Shown: in pieces, positions 41,916 through 52,742 of the stretch | Layout: the number at the start of each line of letters is the position of its first letter | Numbering within the stretch: position 1 is the first letter of the stretch | Assembly (NCBI GenBank): GCA_002897895.1 | Contig: BDSY01000106.1 | Span: 1,922 to 65,921 of the forward strand | Source: a bacterium BMS3Abin06 | GTDB taxonomy: Bacteria > Nitrospirota > Thermodesulfovibrionia > UBA6902 | DNA length: 64,000 nt | Direction: 5' to 3' | Translations under genes and position numbers: made by a program | The notes under the pieces: model-generated | What the model was told of the DNA's origin: nothing | Seen by the model: only the letters and a program-made list of their open reading frames with translations | The model's database searches: none

Positions 41916-44531
41916 ATGGACGTAATTACAACTCATCTGAATGCCGACTTTGATGCCCTTGCCTCTATGGCTGCCGCCCGGAAATACTATCCTGACGCAA
42001 TTATTGTATTTCCGGGGTCGCAGGAAAAAAACGTCCGTGATTTCCTGGAAAAATCGCATATAACGCTGGAATTCAGAAAACTCAAAGATATTAATCTTCA
42101 GGAGGTCACCCGGTTAATCCTTGTCGATGTCAAGAGCCCTTCAAGGATCGGAAAATTTTCGGAGATATTAGGCAAGGAGGGGCTGATAATCCATATATTC
42201 GACCACCATCCACTTGCAGCTAAGGACATAAAGGGAGATAAAGAAATTATAGAAAATGTAGGAGCCACTACAACCATCTTTACGGAAATGATCCGGAAAG
42301 ACAAAATCCGGCTTTCGCCGGTTGAAGCCACATTATTAATGCTGGGTATTTACGAGGAAACCGGATCTCTCATTTTCCCGTCCACAACAGTAAGAGACCT
42401 GACGGCAGCCGCCTTTCTGCTTAAAAAAGGGGCTAACCTGAAAATCGTTTCAGGCTTTATCACCAGAGAGCTTGGCCCAGAGGAGATTGACCTGCTCAAT
42501 GAACTCATTCAGGCTGCAAGAGGTTACGTAATTCACGACATGAGGATAAAAATCGCCAGGGCATCCAGAGAGACTTATATCGGGGATATTGCTTTTTTAG
42601 CGCATAAGATACTGGAGATTGAAGAGGTTGATGCAATTTTCCTTGTTGTGATGATGAAAGACAGGGTGCAGGTTATAGCAAGGAGCCACACACCTGAAGT
42701 AGACGTCTCCGAAGTGCTGCATGAAATCGGAGGCGGCGGCCATCCGCAGGCAGCCTCGGCAGTTGTCAGAGACATGTCGCTGGAGGAAACCGAAAGCAGG
42801 CTTTTGAGTATCCTGGAGAAAAAAATACACCCCTCAAAAACAGCAAAGGATATAATGACGAGTCCGGTGAAGACCATCCCATGGAACACTACGATTAAAA
42901 CAGCGGAAAAAACCATGACAAAGTATGGGGTCAATGTTTTGCCTGTCCTCAAAAAAGATATCTTTTACGGACTCATATCCAGGGAGGTGGTTGAAAAGGC
43001 GCTCTTTCACGGTTTTGACAAAAGCAGGGTTGCGGAATTCTGTACAACAGGTGTCCCTACAGTAAAGCCCTCAACAGCATTAAACATAGTTGAGTCACTG
43101 ATGATAGAACAAAACCGGAGGTTTATGCCCGTGGTTGAGGGTAATAAAATCACAGGAGCAATAACAAGGACCGACCTGCTGCGGTCGCTGTATGAAAGCC
43201 TTTTGAGAAAAAACAGGATAAGCGCGCGTGAAAAATTAACGGAAAAACCTTCCATAGGCAAAAATCTCTCATCTGCCCTCAAATCCAGATTTCCACCAGA
43301 GATCTTCAATCTGCTCAAATTATCAGGTGAAGTTGCCGGTGATCTTGGATTTTCAGCATACCTCGTAGGCGGCTCGGTCAGAGACCTCCTGCGGGGGGAA
43401 ACAAATTTTGACATAGATATTGTAATTGAAGGCAACGGGATAACCTTTGCGCAGGCGCTCGCTGAAAAACTCAATGTGAAGGTTAAAAGCCACAAGAGGT
43501 TCGGCACAGCGGTTGTAATAACGGACTTTTTGAAGTTTGATGTGGCCACTGCAAGGACTGAATATTACGAATCTCCCGCAGCCCTGCCCAGGGTGGAAAT
43601 ATCATCGATAAAAAAAGACCTTTACAGGAGGGACTTTACCATAAACACACTGGCAATAAAACTGGATCCCGGGGATTTCGGAAAGCTTATTGATTTTTTC
43701 GGCGGACAGAAAGACATTAAGGAAAAGACAATAAGGATCCTCCACAATCTCAGCTTCATAGAAGACCCTACACGGGCTTTCAGGGCCATAAGATTCTCCG
43801 AGCGTTTCGGTTTCAAGATAAGCAAGCATACGATAAATTTAATAAAAACCGCTGTACGCATAAATCTCTTCGACAAACTGTCCGGCTCCAGAATGTACGA
43901 TGAGCTTAATCTCCTGTTCACGGAAACAGAACCGCTAAAGGCAGTCAAAAGGCTGGCTGAATTAGATCTCCTGAAATTCATCCATCACGGCCTTGCGGTC
44001 ACAAAGACACTTGAAGAGACATTTAAGGCCATACAGGAGACATATGCCTGGTTCAAACTCCTTTTCTTTGAGGAAGAACTGAACAAGTCACATCTCTTTC
44101 TCATGGCGCTGCTTAATGAGTTAACCCCACGGGAAAGGAGCGAGGCATTACAAAGACTCTTTGTCCCGCCTGCTGCACGGAAGGAAATACTCGATGCCAT
44201 TGAACAGTCGGAAAAGGCCCTCACCGGACTGCAAAAGGCATCTCAAAAAGAAATCTACCATACACTATTTCCTCTCAACCTTCCAACCATCCTCTTCACG
44301 ATGGCAAGGGCCGGGGATGAGGAGCAGAAAAAGGCCATCTCCCTGTATTTAACTGAATTAAGAAAAATCAGGCCTGAACTCAGAGGAAAAGACCTTAAAA
44401 ACATGGGATATACACCCGGGCCGCTCTTTAAGAAGATATTAGTATCACTGCTTGAGGCGAGACTCGAAAGAAAAATCAAAAGCCGGGAAGAAGAGATTGA
44501 GTTTGTGAAAAACAACTTCCCTGTTCAATAA
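41916..44531 (+). CDS. DHH/DHHA1-CBS-polyA polymerase / tRNA nucleotidyltransferase (CCA-adding family) fusion protein
   Basis: Start at MDVITTHLNADFDAL (DHH motif I). IFDHHP. GGGGHPQAA (DHHA1). Tandem CBS region. GGSVRDLLRG...DIDIV nucleotidyltransferase head. Confidence 0.8.
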   Translation: MDVITTHLNADFDALASMAAARKYYPDAIIVFPGSQEKNVRDFLEKSHITLEFRKLKDINLQEVTRLILVDVKSPSRIGKFSEILGKEGLIIHIFDHHPLAAKDIKGDKEIIENVGATTTIFTEMIRKDKIRLSPVEATLLMLGIYEETGSLIFPSTTVRDLTAAAFLLKKGANLKIVSGFITRELGPEEIDLLNELIQAARGYVIHDMRIKIARASRETYIGDIAFLAHKILEIEEVDAIFLVVMMKDRVQVIARSHTPEVDVSEVLHEIGGGGHPQAASAVVRDMSLEETESRLLSILEKKIHPSKTAKDIMTSPVKTIPWNTTIKTAEKTMTKYGVNVLPVLKKDIFYGLISREVVEKALFHGFDKSRVAEFCTTGVPTVKPSTALNIVESLMIEQNRRFMPVVEGNKITGAITRTDLLRSLYESLLRKNRISAREKLTEKPSIGKNLSSALKSRFPPEIFNLLKLSGEVAGDLGFSAYLVGGSVRDLLRGETNFDIDIVIEGNGITFAQALAEKLNVKVKSHKRFGTAVVITDFLKFDVATARTEYYESPAALPRVEISSIKKDLYRRDFTINTLAIKLDPGDFGKLIDFFGGQKDIKEKTIRILHNLSFIEDPTRAFRAIRFSERFGFKISKHTINLIKTAVRINLFDKLSGSRMYDELNLLFTETEPLKAVKRLAELDLLKFIHHGLAVTKTLEETFKAIQETYAWFKLLFFEEELNKSHLFLMALLNELTPRERSEALQRLFVPPAARKEILDAIEQSEKALTGLQKASQKEIYHTLFPLNLPTILFTMARAGDEEQKKAISLYLTELRKIRPELRGKDLKNMGYTPGPLFKKILVSLLEARLERKIKSREEEIEFVKNNFPVQ

Positions 44532-44548
44532 CGGCTGAAACAATGTCT

Positions 44549-44764
44549 TTAAACAATCCTTACCCCCGTATAATAACAGCAGTGTGAACTCTCAAGGTCA
44601 TTGATAAACGATCTCTCCTTTCCATCTTCAAACAGAATCCTTACAAAACAGAACCCGCCTGAAAGATGGGAATGCCTTTCTTCAATAACCTCGCCTACAC
44701 CCCACCGGGAATAATTAAGGTGATTTACCTTATCACCTACCCTCAGATACAGCCTCTTTCTCAT
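44549..44764 (-). CDS. DUF3553-like small protein
   Basis: Start placed at MRKRLYLRVGDKVNH. ...WGVGEVIEE...VRILFEDGKERSF resembles a DUF3553/Tudor-like fold. The longer ORF track start seems unlikely. Confidence 0.5.
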   Translation of the reverse strand: MRKRLYLRVGDKVNHLNYSRWGVGEVIEERHSHLSGGFCFVRILFEDGKERSFINDLESSHCCYYTGVRIV

Positions 44765-44898
44765 AATTAATATTATAAAATAATAATACGGACATGCAAA
44801 AATTATTTTGCCGGCACAACGGATGTTGAGTTGTAAAATCCCATCCGTTATGTTATAAAACAGACTGAAATTCAAGATAATTTAAAGGAGAGAGTCAG

Positions 44899-45822
44899 AT
44901 GAAAAAAATTTTGTTTTACATTTTATTATTGTCATTTTCAACCGTATTTCTTCTGGGATGCGATCAATCCGGGGATGCAAAGACAGACAGCCCTGTTATT
45001 GCAAAAGTTGACAATGCAGTAATTACGGAAGATGATTTTATCAAGGCGATCAGCCGTGTGCCGGAATGGGCAAGAAGCCAGTTCACGGATAAAGAAGGCA
45101 AAATGAAATTCCTTGATGAACTTATTAAAAGAGAGCTGATTTATCAGAATGCAAAAAACATGAGGCTTAACAAAGATAAGGATTATGTTGCAAAGGTTGA
45201 AGAGTTTAAGAAAATGACGCTTCTGTCTCTTATCATCAATAAAGAAGTTGAAGAAAAAGCAAGGGTAGACGATGCAGAGGTCAAGGCATTCTTCGATGAA
45301 AACAAAGATAAATTCACAGTAGGCACACAGGTGAGGGCAAGCCACATCCTTGTGGATACGGAAAAAGAAGCAAAAGATATACTTGAAAGAATTGAGAAAG
45401 GCGAAAGCTTTGCCGCACTTGCAAAATCCCTCTCCAAAGATAAAGGTTCAGCGGAAAAAGGAGGCGACCTCGGTTATTTCGGCAGAGGCAAGATGGTGCC
45501 GGAATTTGAGAGAGCGGCGCTCGCTCTTAAACCGGGAGAGATCAGCGATCCTGTGAGGACCCGCTTCGGCTATCACATTATTAAACTCATGGATATAAAA
45601 AAGGGGAAGCCGGCTAATTTCGAACAAACAAAAGAATCAATAAGAAAACAGCTCATCATGCAGAAAAAGAAGGAGCTTTTTGATGCATACGTTGAAAAGT
45701 TAAAAGCAGAAAGCAATATAACGAAGGATGAAGAGATAGTCGCAGCCATCCCTCTTCCGTGGGAACCGGCTGAGGAATCAGAAGCGGAGCCCGGACAGCA
45801 GGAAGAACCGGAGGCGGAATAA
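44899..45822 (+). CDS. parvulin-type peptidyl-prolyl isomerase lipoprotein (PrsA/SurA-like)
   Basis: Lipobox LLGC. Parvulin domain SHILV...GGDLGYFGRGKMVPEFE...GYHIIKL. Confidence 0.85.
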   Translation: MKKILFYILLLSFSTVFLLGCDQSGDAKTDSPVIAKVDNAVITEDDFIKAISRVPEWARSQFTDKEGKMKFLDELIKRELIYQNAKNMRLNKDKDYVAKVEEFKKMTLLSLIINKEVEEKARVDDAEVKAFFDENKDKFTVGTQVRASHILVDTEKEAKDILERIEKGESFAALAKSLSKDKGSAEKGGDLGYFGRGKMVPEFERAALALKPGEISDPVRTRFGYHIIKLMDIKKGKPANFEQTKESIRKQLIMQKKKELFDAYVEKLKAESNITKDEEIVAAIPLPWEPAEESEAEPGQQEEPEAE

Positions 45823-45877
45823 ACTAAATTAATCCTTTCTGCCGGTCATTGGCGGATTATACGGAAAGCCACAAAAT

Positions 45878-45920
45878 GCAGGATTCAGGTTGCAAAAAAA
45901 CCTGAATCCTGCATTTTTTT
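45878..45920 (+). terminator. rho-independent terminator downstream of the PPIase gene
   Basis: gcaggattcaggtt-tgcaaaa-aacctgaatcctgc followed by T7. Confidence 0.8.
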
Positions 45921-46171
45921 AATTAGAGTCTATGCCTGAACTCAATGTGTCTGTCTGTCATTCCGGCAGTCTTTAACCGGAATCCATTCTTTTCAATAGG
46001 TTCTGGATGCCCGATTAAAAACTTCGGGCATGACGAAAATAAAAAATAGCAATTTTTAAAAGTTGCTCCAATAATTCAGTCTGAACTGTTTGTGAGCTTA
46101 ATCACATTTTTATTCGAATATGATAGTAAATAATAGAGTTCATTTAAGAGATAAAAACGCAGGGGGGAGCA

Positions 46172-46558
46172 ATGACAATAAACAGGATGGTAATAAGATT
46201 CAAAGACAAATCATTAATGAAAGGAAGAAGCAGTGACTTTTCTCTTGATAAAACATCCTTCCATTTGAAACTCTTAAGCGGCGAAGTAGTGACAGTCGAT
46301 ATGGAAAGGTTGAAAGCAGTGTTCCATGTTAAAAGTCTAAGCGGCAATAAAAACTATAAGTGCTCATACAAGGACCCTATTCTCTGGGGAGGCAATAAGG
46401 TCAGAGTCGAGTTTCTCGACGGGGAAGTAATGGTAGGGTATACTCCTTACCACATTTCCGGGAATAACGCTGTCTTAATAACACCTGCCGACTTGCGATG
46501 CAACAACAAACAGATTTTTGTCATAACTTCCGCAACCAGAGAAATAACTTTCCTGTAG
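46172..46558 (+). CDS. hypothetical protein with internal two-fold repeat
   Basis: 128 aa. The two halves (VIRFKDKS...LKAVFHVKS and VRVEFLDGE...IFVITSA) are related. No recognised motif. Confidence 0.5.
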   Translation: MTINRMVIRFKDKSLMKGRSSDFSLDKTSFHLKLLSGEVVTVDMERLKAVFHVKSLSGNKNYKCSYKDPILWGGNKVRVEFLDGEVMVGYTPYHISGNNAVLITPADLRCNNKQIFVITSATREITFL

Positions 46559-46620
46559 CCCATGGGCAAAGTGATGCATTGCGGCCTTGCTGCAACCGGG
46601 AAAGCCTAAGACAACTCTTT

Positions 46621-46914
46621 TTATTTGAATTTCGATTTTACTTTTTCGATAGCGGCTTTCATATCCTGCCATAGATCCTCTGTCCCGGACCTGAGATCTT
46701 TCCAGGTTTCCCCGCTTGCTTCCTTCAGTTTCCGGAGCCTTTTCTTGATATCTTCCCTTTTGATTTGCAGGTCCTCGATCCTTTTATGGAATTCTTCCCT
46801 GATCTTCGCCTCTGAATTTCCAGCCTTTTCCTTCAATTTGTCAATATCAACAGACCATTCCCTAAGTTTTGCCTCCAGTTTTTCTATATAAGCCTTTTTC
46901 GATGCCCCGCTCAT
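46621..46914 (-). CDS. small coiled-coil protein (97 aa, K/E-rich)
   Basis: Strong RBS aaggagga. Heptad-like KLEAKLREW...IEDLQIKRED. Confidence 0.55.
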   Translation of the reverse strand: MSGASKKAYIEKLEAKLREWSVDIDKLKEKAGNSEAKIREEFHKRIEDLQIKREDIKKRLRKLKEASGETWKDLRSGTEDLWQDMKAAIEKVKSKFK

Positions 46915-47099
46915 AATATCCTCCTTTCCGGACTATTTAACAAGGTTTATCACTCAGTCCGGCATTATCTGAATTCTATCAAATATACACCGGAAGTCAA
47001 TGTTTGCAGTCCTCCATTTTTAGATCTCAGTATTTGTTTTATCCCTGAAATCCGCTTTGGGGAGGCAAATAAATCTTTGCCTCCCCGGATAATCCTCTG

Positions 47100-49013
47100 T
47101 CAGGCTACATCCTCAAATTCCGCATCAACCACATCTTCCTCTCCCGCGGTTTTTGCGCCCTTCTCCTGCTGCCGGCCCTCCGGGGATGCCGCACCCTCCT
47201 GTGACGCAGTCTCTTTATACATATGCTCTGCAAGTTTATGGGATGCTGCAGTCAGCGCCGCAATTGCGGATTTTATTTCATCAGGGTTATCAGACGTATC
47301 CTTTGCATTTCTGCATCTCTCCAGGGCGTCTTCAATATCCTTTTTCTCTGCTTCGGAGATTTTGTCTCCGTGTTCCTTCAATGTTTTTTCAACGGAATAA
47401 ACAAGTGTGTCTGCTTCATTTTTTGCCTCAATAAGCTGCTTCTTTTTCCTGTCTTCCTCAGCATGCAGCTCGGCATCCTTTACCATCCTGTTGATTTCGT
47501 CTTCAGACAGTCCGCTTGATGCAGTAATTCTTATGGACTGTTCTTTCCCGGTTCCGAGGTCTTTGGCAGATACATGAAGGATACCGTTGGCATCAATGTC
47601 GAACGTAACCTCTATCTGAGGCACACCCCTTGGAGCCGGGGGAATCCCGACGAGCTCAAAATTGCCAAGGAGTTTATTGTCCGCCGCCATCTCCCTTTCA
47701 CCCTGGAATACCCTCACAGTCACTGAAGGCTGATTATCAGTCGCTGTCGAGAATATCTGGCTCTTCTTTGCCGGAATGGTCGTGTTTCTCTCTATGAGTT
47801 TTGTGAATACTCCGCCAAGGGTCTCTATCCCGAAAGAGAGAGGCGTGACATCAAGGAGCAGTACATCCTTCATATCCCCTTTGAGTACGGCTGCCTGTAT
47901 GGCTGCGCCTGCTGCTACAACTTCATCGGGGTTAACGCTTTTGTTCGGTTCTTTATTGAAAAAATCCTGTACTGTCCGGTAAACCTTCGGGGTCCTCGTC
48001 TGTCCGCCTACAAGCAATACCTCATCAATATCCGATGCGGAAAGACCTGCATCCTTAAGCGCCAGCTTGCACGGCTCTACAGAGAGTTTCAAGAGATCAC
48101 TGATCAACTGCTCAAGTTTGGCCCGTGAAAGTTTTTTAACCAGATGTTTGGGGCCCGATGCATCAGCGGTTATAAACGGAAGATTGATCTCTGTTTCCTG
48201 GGCCGTAGATAATTCTATCTTCGCCTTTTCAGCGGTTTCTTTCAGTCTCTGGAGGGCCATTTTATCCTGTCTGAGGTCAATGCCCTGTTCTTTTTTAAAT
48301 TCCTCGATTATCCAGTCCATAATCCTGAGGTCAAAGTCATCCCCTCCCAGAAAGGTATTGCCGTTCGTGGATTTTACCTCAGTTACTCCTTCTCCTATCT
48401 CAAGTATGGATATATCGAAGGTTCCGCCTCCAAGGTCATAAACAGCGACTTTCTCGTCTTTTTTCTTATCCACGCCGTAAGCAAGAGAGGCTGCGGTCGG
48501 TTCGTTTATAATCCTCAGGACATTCAGGCCCGCTATCTTGCCTGCATCCTTTGTTGCCTGCCTTTGACTGTCGTCAAAATATGCCGGGACAGTTATTACC
48601 GCCTCAGTCACAGGTTCCCCAAGATAGTCTTCGGCAGCCTGTTTCAGTTTTTGCAGTATCATGGCGGATATCTCGGGCGGAGAGTATCTCTTCCCCCTTA
48701 TCTCCACATGCGCGTCTCCGTTCGGCGCCTCGACGATTTTGTAGGGGAGTTTCTTTATAGCGTCCTGCACCTCTTTTGATTTGTACTTTCTGCCCATCAA
48801 CCTTTTTATCGAAAAGATCGTGTTTTCAGGATTTGTAACAGCCTGCCTCTTGGCCATCTGGCCGACAAGCCTTTCTCCCTTGTCGGTAAAAGCTACAACA
48901 GACGGGGTTGTCCTCTCACCCTCCTGATTGGGGACAATAATCTGTTCATTGTTCTGGAAAACAGAAACAACCGAATTTGTAGTACCAAGGTCTATGCCTA
49001 TTGCCTTTGCCAT
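47100..49013 (-). CDS. dnaK: molecular chaperone DnaK (Hsp70)
   Basis: 637 aa. [16 protein letters not shown]; DLGGGTFD; full Hsp70 architecture. Confidence 0.97.
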   Translation of the reverse strand: MAKAIGIDLGTTNSVVSVFQNNEQIIVPNQEGERTTPSVVAFTDKGERLVGQMAKRQAVTNPENTIFSIKRLMGRKYKSKEVQDAIKKLPYKIVEAPNGDAHVEIRGKRYSPPEISAMILQKLKQAAEDYLGEPVTEAVITVPAYFDDSQRQATKDAGKIAGLNVLRIINEPTAASLAYGVDKKKDEKVAVYDLGGGTFDISILEIGEGVTEVKSTNGNTFLGGDDFDLRIMDWIIEEFKKEQGIDLRQDKMALQRLKETAEKAKIELSTAQETEINLPFITADASGPKHLVKKLSRAKLEQLISDLLKLSVEPCKLALKDAGLSASDIDEVLLVGGQTRTPKVYRTVQDFFNKEPNKSVNPDEVVAAGAAIQAAVLKGDMKDVLLLDVTPLSFGIETLGGVFTKLIERNTTIPAKKSQIFSTATDNQPSVTVRVFQGEREMAADNKLLGNFELVGIPPAPRGVPQIEVTFDIDANGILHVSAKDLGTGKEQSIRITASSGLSEDEINRMVKDAELHAEEDRKKKQLIEAKNEADTLVYSVEKTLKEHGDKISEAEKKDIEDALERCRNAKDTSDNPDEIKSAIAALTAASHKLAEHMYKETASQEGAASPEGRQQEKGAKTAGEEDVVDAEFEDVA

Positions 49014-49104
49014 TTTCCTTACCTCCGTTTTTTTATTATTTATTCGTAATAAGTTCAGTACCCCCCTTCACAGGGTGGGGTTAACTATTACGTTTTTTCT
49101 TATT

Positions 49105-49262
49105 TCGTTGAAGTTAATTTGCAAAGGGTATGCCAGTGTAAAACATCGTTCAATTTCAATGAGTTATAAATAGCAGATAAATTTCAGCAGAGGTGATCAG
49201 GACATTCTGGCCTGCATATGATTAGGACATATTGCCCCAGGGGATAATATGTCCTACAGTGG
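49105..49262. repeat. ~160-bp conserved 5' element with AGGACAT half-sites and a 9-N12-9 palindrome (copy 1, upstream of dnaK)
   Basis: gcaaagggtatgccagtg...tcaggacattctggcctgcatatgattaggacatattgccccaggggataatatgtcc. About 80% identical to 52743-52900. Confidence 0.7.
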
Positions 49263-49306
49263 AATTCTTTTGAGATTTAGCGGAAATTCTGAAGCGGTGA
49301 ACTGTT

Positions 49307-51505
49307 TTATTTTATCACCATTACGCTGACACCTTCCGGTTTCTTCAGCACCTCTACAGTTACATCCTCACCATAACGCCTTATAAAGAGGTCAACGCTC
49401 TTTTTGCCCGTGACTGACAGGTTCTTAAGGACTACACGATTTAAAAATTCGGGCAGCACAGGCTGTCTAAAAATTACCCTTTCCCGGTCGGACTCAAAAT
49501 CAAGCCCCAGCGATGCCTGAAGCATCAGGAGGAGCGAACCGGACGCCCACGTCTGCGGCATGCATGCAACCGGATAAAGCGTGGGAGAAGCGCCTTTTCT
49601 CCTCTGAAAACCACAGAACAGCTCGGGAAGACGCTGAAATTCCATAAACAGGGAGGCATCGAAAATACCGGAAAAGACCTTTAAAAAGTGTTCCTTTAAT
49701 CCGCAGGAAGAAAACCCATAGGCTATAAGTGCGTTGTCGTGCGGCCACACAGAACCATTATGGTATGACATCGGGTTATAGAGTGCCTCATGCTCGCTCA
49801 CTGTCCTTATTCCCCATCCGGAAAATACCGCTTCCGATGTCAGTGTCTCCGCCACTTTCAGGGCCTTATCAGGCTCGGCAATCCCTGTGAAAAGGACCTG
49901 CCCGGCATTGGAAGATACTACCCTGCATGGTTTTTTCAGACCATCAAGGGCAAGTACATAAGTGCCCATTTCCTCATCCCAGAATATATTGTTGAATTTC
50001 TCCTTCAACTCTTCCGCCTCTTTCAGAAGCTTCTGTGAGAGCCCCTCTTTACCCATAACTTTTGCAAGTATGGCTGCTTCTTTTTTTGCAGCGTACTGGT
50101 AGCACTGAACCTCGCAGAGGGCAATCGGTCCCTCGGCAAGAGAACCGTCATTATGAAAAACAGAATCATGAGAGTCCTTCCATCCCTGGTTGCGGAGCCC
50201 CCTGATATCAGGAACATATTCGAGAAAACCGTCGCCGTCAACATCACCGTAATCTTTCATCCACCTGAGGGCATGCCTGATGTTGTCCCAGATATTACGG
50301 ATAAAGCCTGTATCACCTGTCCTTCTCCAGTAGGCGCCTGCAAGCATAATAAAGAGCGGAGTCGAATCAACACTCCCGTAATAAAGCCCGAAGGGAATCT
50401 CGCCAAGGGCAGCCAGTTCACCTTTGCGCACTTCGTGGAGTATCTTGCCGGGCTCGGCTGCCCTTGATGCGTCGATGCTCTTTGCCTGCCTTGCTGCAAG
50501 GTAGCTGAGGACTCCCTTTGCAAGTCCGGGTTTTATCCACATGGTTTCCAGTGCGGTTATGATCCCGTCCCTGCCAAAGGGGGTACAGAACCAGGGGATG
50601 CCTCCGTAAGGGTAAATTCCATCCCCTGTTTCTGTAAGCATCATGTTGATGTCCGCAAGCGAACGTTTGACGGATTCATTGAATTGCTCGTTGGAAGTTT
50701 CTATCACAGCGCTGCTTTTGTTTTTTTCCCTTAACCTGTTACGCGACTTCTTCAGCGCCTCTCTAAAATCCGTTCTCCTGCTCCCTTTGTCATTCATGCT
50801 GCATGTAACAGTAAAAAAAATCTCCTTTGCACTGCCCGGCTGCAGCGTGATAAGAAATGAAAATGTCTTGTTCCTGACCGACTCCGGTTTTACGGAAGAT
50901 ATGATTTCAGTCTTCCTCATGACCCCGTCAAGCCCTTCATAGGACAGCTCCATCTCATTGTCTGCATATCTTATGGGACAGCGTTTTCCGTTCCGCTCTC
51001 TTTTCAGCCCTCTTACCTCAAAGATATCCCTGAAATCCGCATCAATGAGAAAATCGAGGCTGATGCTTACAGTCTTCCGCCCGAAATTCTTAATCCTGAT
51101 ATATTCGAGGTCCTGCATATCGTACAGTATCTTTGACCGCATGATATGCAGCGAATCCTTTGCTATGAGGAGACGGCCCTTTGCGTAGAGATCGGGGTTT
51201 GTCAGGTCGATAGTCAGCAGGATGTCGTCTTCATCAACATTGGAGCTGAGAAAAAGCGGCCTCAGGCCGTTAATCCTGAGTTCACATAGGGAGAGAAACC
51301 TTGTCCCGCCGAGATACAGTCCCTGCTCATTTCTTCCAACCGGCAGGATGTCGCCAAAACGGTTGAAGACCCCGAAGATGTCTCCGTCCTTGACTATGAG
51401 CATTGAAGGATCAAGGATAGAGGATGTAGCAGAGATATAGTATTTGTCCTTTATTCTGCTGACTTCAGGCATCAGTATTTGTGAATTTTTGTATGCGTCT
51501 TGCAT
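49307..51505 (-). CDS. amylo-alpha-1,6-glucosidase family protein (glycogen-debranching-enzyme-like, GDE_C)
   Basis: 732 aa. Hallmark PWF..FGRD motif (GGIPWFCTPFGRDGIITALE). N-terminal GDE_N-like region (GLYLGGTRFLS). Confidence 0.75.
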   Translation of the reverse strand: MQDAYKNSQILMPEVSRIKDKYYISATSSILDPSMLIVKDGDIFGVFNRFGDILPVGRNEQGLYLGGTRFLSLCELRINGLRPLFLSSNVDEDDILLTIDLTNPDLYAKGRLLIAKDSLHIMRSKILYDMQDLEYIRIKNFGRKTVSISLDFLIDADFRDIFEVRGLKRERNGKRCPIRYADNEMELSYEGLDGVMRKTEIISSVKPESVRNKTFSFLITLQPGSAKEIFFTVTCSMNDKGSRRTDFREALKKSRNRLREKNKSSAVIETSNEQFNESVKRSLADINMMLTETGDGIYPYGGIPWFCTPFGRDGIITALETMWIKPGLAKGVLSYLAARQAKSIDASRAAEPGKILHEVRKGELAALGEIPFGLYYGSVDSTPLFIMLAGAYWRRTGDTGFIRNIWDNIRHALRWMKDYGDVDGDGFLEYVPDIRGLRNQGWKDSHDSVFHNDGSLAEGPIALCEVQCYQYAAKKEAAILAKVMGKEGLSQKLLKEAEELKEKFNNIFWDEEMGTYVLALDGLKKPCRVVSSNAGQVLFTGIAEPDKALKVAETLTSEAVFSGWGIRTVSEHEALYNPMSYHNGSVWPHDNALIAYGFSSCGLKEHFLKVFSGIFDASLFMEFQRLPELFCGFQRRKGASPTLYPVACMPQTWASGSLLLMLQASLGLDFESDRERVIFRQPVLPEFLNRVVLKNLSVTGKKSVDLFIRRYGEDVTVEVLKKPEGVSVMVIK

Positions 51506-51526
51506 ATTAAATCCTCAATTCGGATT

Positions 51527-52618
51527 TTAATTGTAAGAGCGCTGCAAATCCGCGCTGATCCCGGCAAAATCACCGGTTTTTGCTCCAGCCCGCTTCGCTA
51601 TAAGTATATTGTACGCCATCAGATAATCCCTTGCCATCCTTTCCGCTGAAAAGCGTATCTCAAACCGCTGTCTGCACCGTCTCCTTGAAAAACCGGACAG
51701 GTCATTCCTGACGCAGTAAGCAGCCTCGTCATCATTTTCAAATATAAATCCCGTTATTCCGTGGTCAACCACCTCTGGTATGGACCCCCTTCTTCTGGCT
51801 ATTACCGGCGTGCCGCATGCCATTGCCTCGATCATGGCAACACCGAAAGGCTCAGGCCAGTCTACAGGATGGAGGAATGCCAGGGCAGACCCGAGAAGCA
51901 TGTTTTTTTCTTTATCATTGACCTCTCCCAGAAACTCTACAAGCGAGTTATCCAGGAGCGGACGGATTTCAGCTTCAAAATACTCCCTGTCAGCCCTGTC
52001 CACCTTTGCCGCAATCTTAAGGGGAATACCGGCCTTAAGCGCAATATTTATGGCGGAATCCACTTTTTTCTCCGGTGATATTCTCCCGACATATAGGAGA
52101 TAGTCCCCGCCTTTTTCATTAAAATCATACAGGTCTTTCGGCAGGCCGTGATAAACCGTGGCAATCCAGTTTGCATAAGGCAAAGGCTTCCTCTGAGCAT
52201 TTGAAATCGATATAAGAGGGGCTTCACTGTATTCCCTGAAAATAAACTGGTGATCCCAGAGATCAAGCCTTCCGTGAAGCGTGTTTACAACAGGCAGCAG
52301 GGTCCTTCTTCCGAGAACAAACCCTATGCTGTCTATATGGGAATGTATGATATCGAATTCATCCTGGCGTTTAAGCACCTCCTCCATTAAGAGGAAATGC
52401 AAGGCCACCGGGTCTATGCAACGACCTTCAAACCTTAAAGCCCTCTCATATAAGGGCGACAGTTCAGCAGCCGTCAGTGAATCACCGGAAGCAAAAAGGA
52501 CTACTTCATGCCCTGCCCTCACAAGCTCTTCGGTAAGATATGAAACTATCCTTTCCGTCCCTCCATATAATTTAGGAGGCACACTTTCATAAAGAGGAGC
52601 AATCTGAGCTATCTTCAT
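51527..52618 (-). CDS. glycosyltransferase family 4 (GT-B, group 1)
   Basis: MKIAQIAPLYESVPPKLYGGTERIV. C-terminal EX7E region EPFGVAMIEAMACGTPVIA. Lies 21 bp upstream of the GDE gene, so probably an operon. Confidence 0.85.
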   Translation of the reverse strand: MKIAQIAPLYESVPPKLYGGTERIVSYLTEELVRAGHEVVLFASGDSLTAAELSPLYERALRFEGRCIDPVALHFLLMEEVLKRQDEFDIIHSHIDSIGFVLGRRTLLPVVNTLHGRLDLWDHQFIFREYSEAPLISISNAQRKPLPYANWIATVYHGLPKDLYDFNEKGGDYLLYVGRISPEKKVDSAINIALKAGIPLKIAAKVDRADREYFEAEIRPLLDNSLVEFLGEVNDKEKNMLLGSALAFLHPVDWPEPFGVAMIEAMACGTPVIARRRGSIPEVVDHGITGFIFENDDEAAYCVRNDLSGFSRRRCRQRFEIRFSAERMARDYLMAYNILIAKRAGAKTGDFAGISADLQRSYN

Positions 52619-52742
52619 AATACAAACACCCCCTTTCTGACAGTGTAATTCATTGGTTTATTTTAAAATTTTCTCCTCTTCAGCGCCCTTGTATAAAGAG
52701 CGCTAATTTTTATTTACAGAAATTTTTTCAAAAAGTCAATAT

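Noticed and set aside
49014-49306. CIRCE/HrcA operator or sigma-32 promoter upstream of dnaK
   Set aside because: Neither TTAGCACTC-N9-GAGTGCTAA nor a convincing CTTGAAA-N13-15-CCCCATNT was found. A different palindrome (GGACATATT-N12-AATATGTCC) is present and is reported separately.
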